64,000 nt of DNA, taken from NCBI RefSeq assembly GCF_009914755.1, contig NC_060925.1. The stretch is one strand, 5' to 3'. Below are positions 59,401 to 64,000 of the stretch, one piece after another. Numbering within the stretch: the stretch's first letter is position 1; every line of letters starts with the position of its first letter. The notes under the pieces are model-generated. The model did not search any database, had not been told where the DNA came from, and saw only the letters and a program-made list of their open reading frames with translations. The stretch is from the human T2T-CHM13v2.0 reference genome, Homo sapiens. The translations under genes were made by a program, and so were the position numbers.

Positions 59401-62400
59401 TCACCATCGAATACAATCGAATGGAGTCATCGAATCGACTCAAATGGAATAATCATTGAATGGAATCGAATGGAATCATCGAGTGGAATCGAATGGAATC
59501 ATGATCAAATGGAATCGAATGTAATCATCATCAAATGGAATCAAAAGTAAACATCATCAATAGGTATTGAATGGAATTGTCATCAAACGGAATTCAAAGG
59601 AATCATCATCAAATGGAACCGAATGGAATCCTCATTGAATGGAAATGAAAGGAGTCATCATCTAATGGAATCGCATGGAATCATCATCAAATGGAATCGA
59701 ATGGAATCGTCATTAAATGGAATCTAATGGAATCATTGAACGGAATTGAATGGAATCGTCATCGAATGATTTCAATGCAATCAACGAATGGTCTCGAATG
59801 GAACCACCTCCAAATGGAATGGAATGGAATCATCGCATAGAATCGAATGGAATTATCATCGAATGGATTCGAATGCAATCAACATCAAACGGGATCAAAC
59901 GGAATTATCGAATGGAATCGAAGAGAATCATCGAACGGACTCGAATGGAATCATCTAATGGAATGGAATGGAAGAATCCATGGACTCGAATGCAATCATC
60001 ATCGAATGGAATCGAATGGAATCATTGAATGGACTCGAATGGAATAATCATTGAATGGAATCGAATGGAATCATCATCGGATGGAAACGAATGGAATCAT
60101 CAAATGGAATCAGATGGAATCATCATCAAATGGAATCGAATAGAATTATGGAATGAAATCCATTGTGATCATCATCGAATGGACTCGAATGGAATCATCA
60201 TCCAATGGAAACTAATGGAATCAACATCGAATGGAATCGAATGGAAACTCCATCGAATTGAATCGAATGGAATTATCATGAAATTGAAATAGATGGACTC
60301 ATCATCGAATGGATTCGAATGGAATCATCGAATGAAATTGATTGAAATCATCATCTAATGGAATCGAATGGAATCATTGAATGGAATCGAATGGAATCAT
60401 CATCAGATGCAAATGAATGCAATCATCATAGAATGGAATCGAATGGATTCATTGAATGGAATCAGATGGAATCATCGAATGGACTTGAATGGAATCATTG
60501 AATGGACTCGAATGGAATCATTATTGAATGGAATTGAATGGAATCATCGAATGGTCTCGAATGGAATCATTATCAAATGGAATCGAATGGAATCACCGAA
60601 TAGAATCGAATGGAACAATCATCGAATGGACACAAATGGAATTATCCTCAAATGGAATCGAATGGAATTATCGAATGCAATCGAATGGAATAATCGAATG
60701 CAATCGAATAGAATCATCGAATGGACTTGAAGGGAATCATCGATTGAAATGGAATGGAATAGTCAATGAACTCGAATGGAATCATCATTGAATGGAATCA
60801 TCGAGTGGAATCGAATGGAATCATGATCAAATGGAATCGAATGTAATCATCATCAAATGGAATCAAAAATAACCATCATCAATTGGTATTGAATGGAATT
60901 GTCATCAAACGGAATTCAAAGGAATCATCAACAAATGGAACCGAATGGAATCCTCATTGAATGGAAATGAAAGGAGTCATCATCTAATGGAATCGCATGG
61001 AATCATCATCAAATGGAATCGAATGGAATCATCATCAAATGGAATCTAATGGAATCATTGAACGGAATTGAATGGAATCGTCATCGAATGAATTGAATGC
61101 AATCAACGAATGGTCTCGAATGGAACCACATCCAAATGGAATGGAATGGAATCATCGCATAGAATCGAATGGAATTATCATGGAATGGACCCGAATGGAA
61201 TCAACATCAAACGGAATCAAACGGAATTATCGAATGGAATCGAAGAGAATCATCGAACGGGCTCGAATGGAATCATCTAATGGAATGGAATGGAAGAATC
61301 CATGGACTCGAATGCAATCATCATCGAATGGAATCGAATGGAATCATCGAATGGACTCGAATGGAATAATCATTGAACGGAATCGAATGGAATCATCATC
61401 GGATGGAAACGAATGGAATCATCATCGAATGGAATCGAATGGGATCATCAAATGGAATCAGATGGAATCATCATCAAATGGAATCGAATAGAATTATGGA
61501 ATGAAATCCAATGTGATCATCATCGAATGGACTCGAATGGAATCATCATCCAATGGAAACTAATGGAATCAACATCGAATGGAATCGAATGGAAACACCA
61601 TCGAATTGAAACGAATGGAATTGTCATGAAATTGAAATGGATGGACTCATCATCGAATGGATTCGAATGGAATCATCGAATGAAATTGATTGAAATCATC
61701 ATCAAATGGAATCGAAAGGAATCATTGAATGCAATCGAATGGAATCATCATCAGATGGAAATGAATGGAATCATCATAGAATGGAATCGCATGGATTCAT
61801 TGAATGGAATCAGATGGAATCATCGAATGGACTTGAATGGAATCGTTGAATGGACTCGAATGGAATCATTATTGAATGGAATTGAATAGAATCATCGAAT
61901 GGTCTCGAATGGAATCATTATGAAATGAAGTCGAATGGAATCACCGAATAGAATCGAATGGAACAATCATCGAATGGACTCAAATGGAATTATCTTCAAA
62001 TGGAATCAAATGGATTTATCGAATGCAATCGAATGGAATTATCGAATGCAATCGAATAGAATCATCGAATGGACTCGAATGGAATCATCGAATGGAATGC
62101 AATGGATTAATCCATGGACTCGAATTCAATCACCATCGAATACAATCGAATGGAGTCATCGAATCGACTCAAATGGAATAATCATTGAATGGAATCGAAT
62201 GGAATCATCGAGTGGAATCGAATGGAATCATGATCAAATGGAATCGAATGTAATCATCATCAAATGGAATCAAAAGTAAACATCATCAATAGGTATTGAA
62301 TGGAATTGTCATCAAACGGAATTCAAAGGAATCATCATCAAATGGAACCGAATGGAATCCTCATTGAATGGAAATGAAAGGAGTCATCATCTAATGGAAT

Positions 62401-63774
62401 CGCATGGAATCATCATCAAATGGAATCGAATGGAATCGTCATTAAATGGAATCTAATGGAATCATTGAACGGAATTGAATGGAATCGTCATCGAATGATT
62501 TCAATGCAATCAACGAATGGTCTCGAATGGAACCACCTCCAAATGGAATGGAATGGAATCATCGCATAGAATCGAATGGAATTATCATCGAATGGATTCG
62601 AATGCAATCAACATCAAACGGGATCAAACGGATTTATCGAATGGAATCGAAGAGAATCATCGAACGGACTCGAATGGAATCATCTAATGGAATGGAATGG
62701 AAGAATCCATGGACTCGAACGCAATCATCATCGAATGGAATCGAATGGAATCATTGAATGGACTCGAATGGAATAATCATTGAATGGAATCGAATGGAAT
62801 CATCATCGGATGGAAACGAATGGAATCATCAAATGGAATCAGATGGAATCATCATCAAATGGAATCGAATAGAATTATGGAATGAAATCCATTGTGATCA
62901 TCATCGAATGGACTCGAATGGAATCATCATCCAATGGAAACTAATGGAATCAACATCGAATGGAATCGAATGGAAACTCCATCGAATTGAATCGAATGGA
63001 ATTATCATGAAATTGAAATAGATGGACTCATCATCGAATGGATTCGAATGGAATCATCGAATGAAATTGATTGAAATCATCATCTAATGGAATCGAATGG
63101 AATCATTGAATGGAATCGAATGGAATCATCATCAGATGCAAATGAATGCAATCATCATAGAATGGAATCGAATGGATTCATTGAATGGAATCAGATGGAA
63201 TCATCGAATGGACTTGAATGGAATCATTGAATGGACTCGAATGGAATCATTATTGAATGGAATTGAATGGAATCATCGAATGGTCTCGAATGGAATCATT
63301 ATCAAATGGAATCGAATGGAATCACCGAATAGAATCGAATGGAACAATCATCGAATGGACTCAAATGGAATTATCCTCAAATGGAATCGAATGGAATTAT
63401 CGAATGCAATCGAATGGAATAATCGAATGCAATCGAATAGAATCATCGAATGGACTTGAAGGGAATCATCGATTGAAATGGAATGGAATAGTCAATGAAC
63501 TCGAATGGAATCATCATTGAATGGAATCATCGAGTGGAATCGAATGGAATCATGATCAAATGGAATCGAATGTAATCATCATCAAATGGAATCAAAAATA
63601 ACCATCATCAATTGGTATTGAATGGAATTGTCATCAAACGGAATTCAAAGGAATCATCAACAAATGGAACCGAATGGAATCCTCATTGAATGGAAATGAA
63701 AGGAGTCATCATCTAATGGAATCGCATGGAATCATCATCAAATGGAATCTAATGGAATCATTGAACGGAATTGA
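47428..63774 (-). repeat. Regular 2729-bp HOR block 3: 6 x (A + B), preceded by an A-A junction
   Basis: Anchors at 47428, 48835, 50157 ... 61072, 62479, 63775. One 1-bp deletion (~56551) and one 26-bp deletion (~63750) account for the 27-bp shortfall from 6 x 2729. Confidence 0.94.
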
Positions 63775-64000
63775 ATGGAATCGTCATCGAATGAATTGAA
63801 TGCAATCAACGAATGGTCTCGAATGGAACCACATCCAAATGGAATGGAATGGAATCATCGCATAGAATCGAATGGAATTATCATCGAATGGACCCGAATG
63901 GAATCAACATCAAACGGAATCAAACGGAATTATCGAATGGAATCGAAGAGAATCATCGAACGGGCTCGAATGGAATCATCTAATGGAATGGAATGGAAGA
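63775..64000 (-). repeat. Partial A unit; the array continues past the window edge
   Basis: A-type motifs ccacatcc, ggacccg and cgggctcg are present up to the last base. Confidence 0.9.

Larger units (their letters stand above)
1..64000 (-). repeat. HSat2 (HSATII) pericentromeric satellite array, HSat2B-like, in one orientation throughout
   Basis: Continuous GAATGGAATC-(ATC)1-2-GAATGGAATC blocks of 23/26 bp (reverse complement of CATTCGATTC) with abundant TCGA. No non-satellite sequence seen. The frequent ATCATC spacers and CpGs distinguish it from HSat3 (GGAAT)n. Confidence 0.97.

Noticed and set aside
52-63520. Numerous + strand ORFs (60-233 aa, MESNGIIEWN-type)
   Set aside because: These are translations of GAATG/ATC repeats. 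They overlap in all frames, recur with the satellite period and are freely disrupted by stops between copies. The - strand lacks ORFs simply because ATCATC reads TGATGA there.
1-64000. CRISPR-like array of 23-26-bp repeats
   Set aside because: There are no unique spacers, leader or cas genes; the repeats are contiguous satellite blocks.
1-64000. Inversion or transposable element insertion within the array
   Set aside because: No switch to CATTC-strand sequence and no Alu, L1 or LTR-like sequence was seen; all unit spacings are accounted for by satellite indels.

Overview
The whole 64 kb window is one uninterrupted, single-orientation array of primate (human-type) classical satellite HSat2/HSATII. 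It is built from diverged GAATG/GAATC pentamers with (ATC)n spacers in 23/26-bp blocks and is very rich in TCGA. The usual CATTCGATTC consensus lies on the - strand. I see no genes, transposon insertions, inversions or CRISPR array, and all listed ORFs are repeat artefacts. The array has nested structure: about 46 complete 1.3-1.4 kb units of two kinds, A (1407 bp) and B (1322 bp). From ~10.6 kb onward they alternate as a 2729-bp higher-order repeat (HOR). A 1.4-kb unit with a 2.7-kb dimer fits what I recall of the HSat2B subfamily on the chr7 pericentromere; that assignment is from memory and unchecked. The first ~10.6 kb is more diverged and irregular. The HOR is broken by a chimeric 1381-bp unit (29.7 kb), an extra A unit (46-47.4 kb) and small deletions. 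I found no evidence of a novel protein-coding system; the interest lies in satellite architecture, recombination history and regularly spaced DUX4-type motifs.
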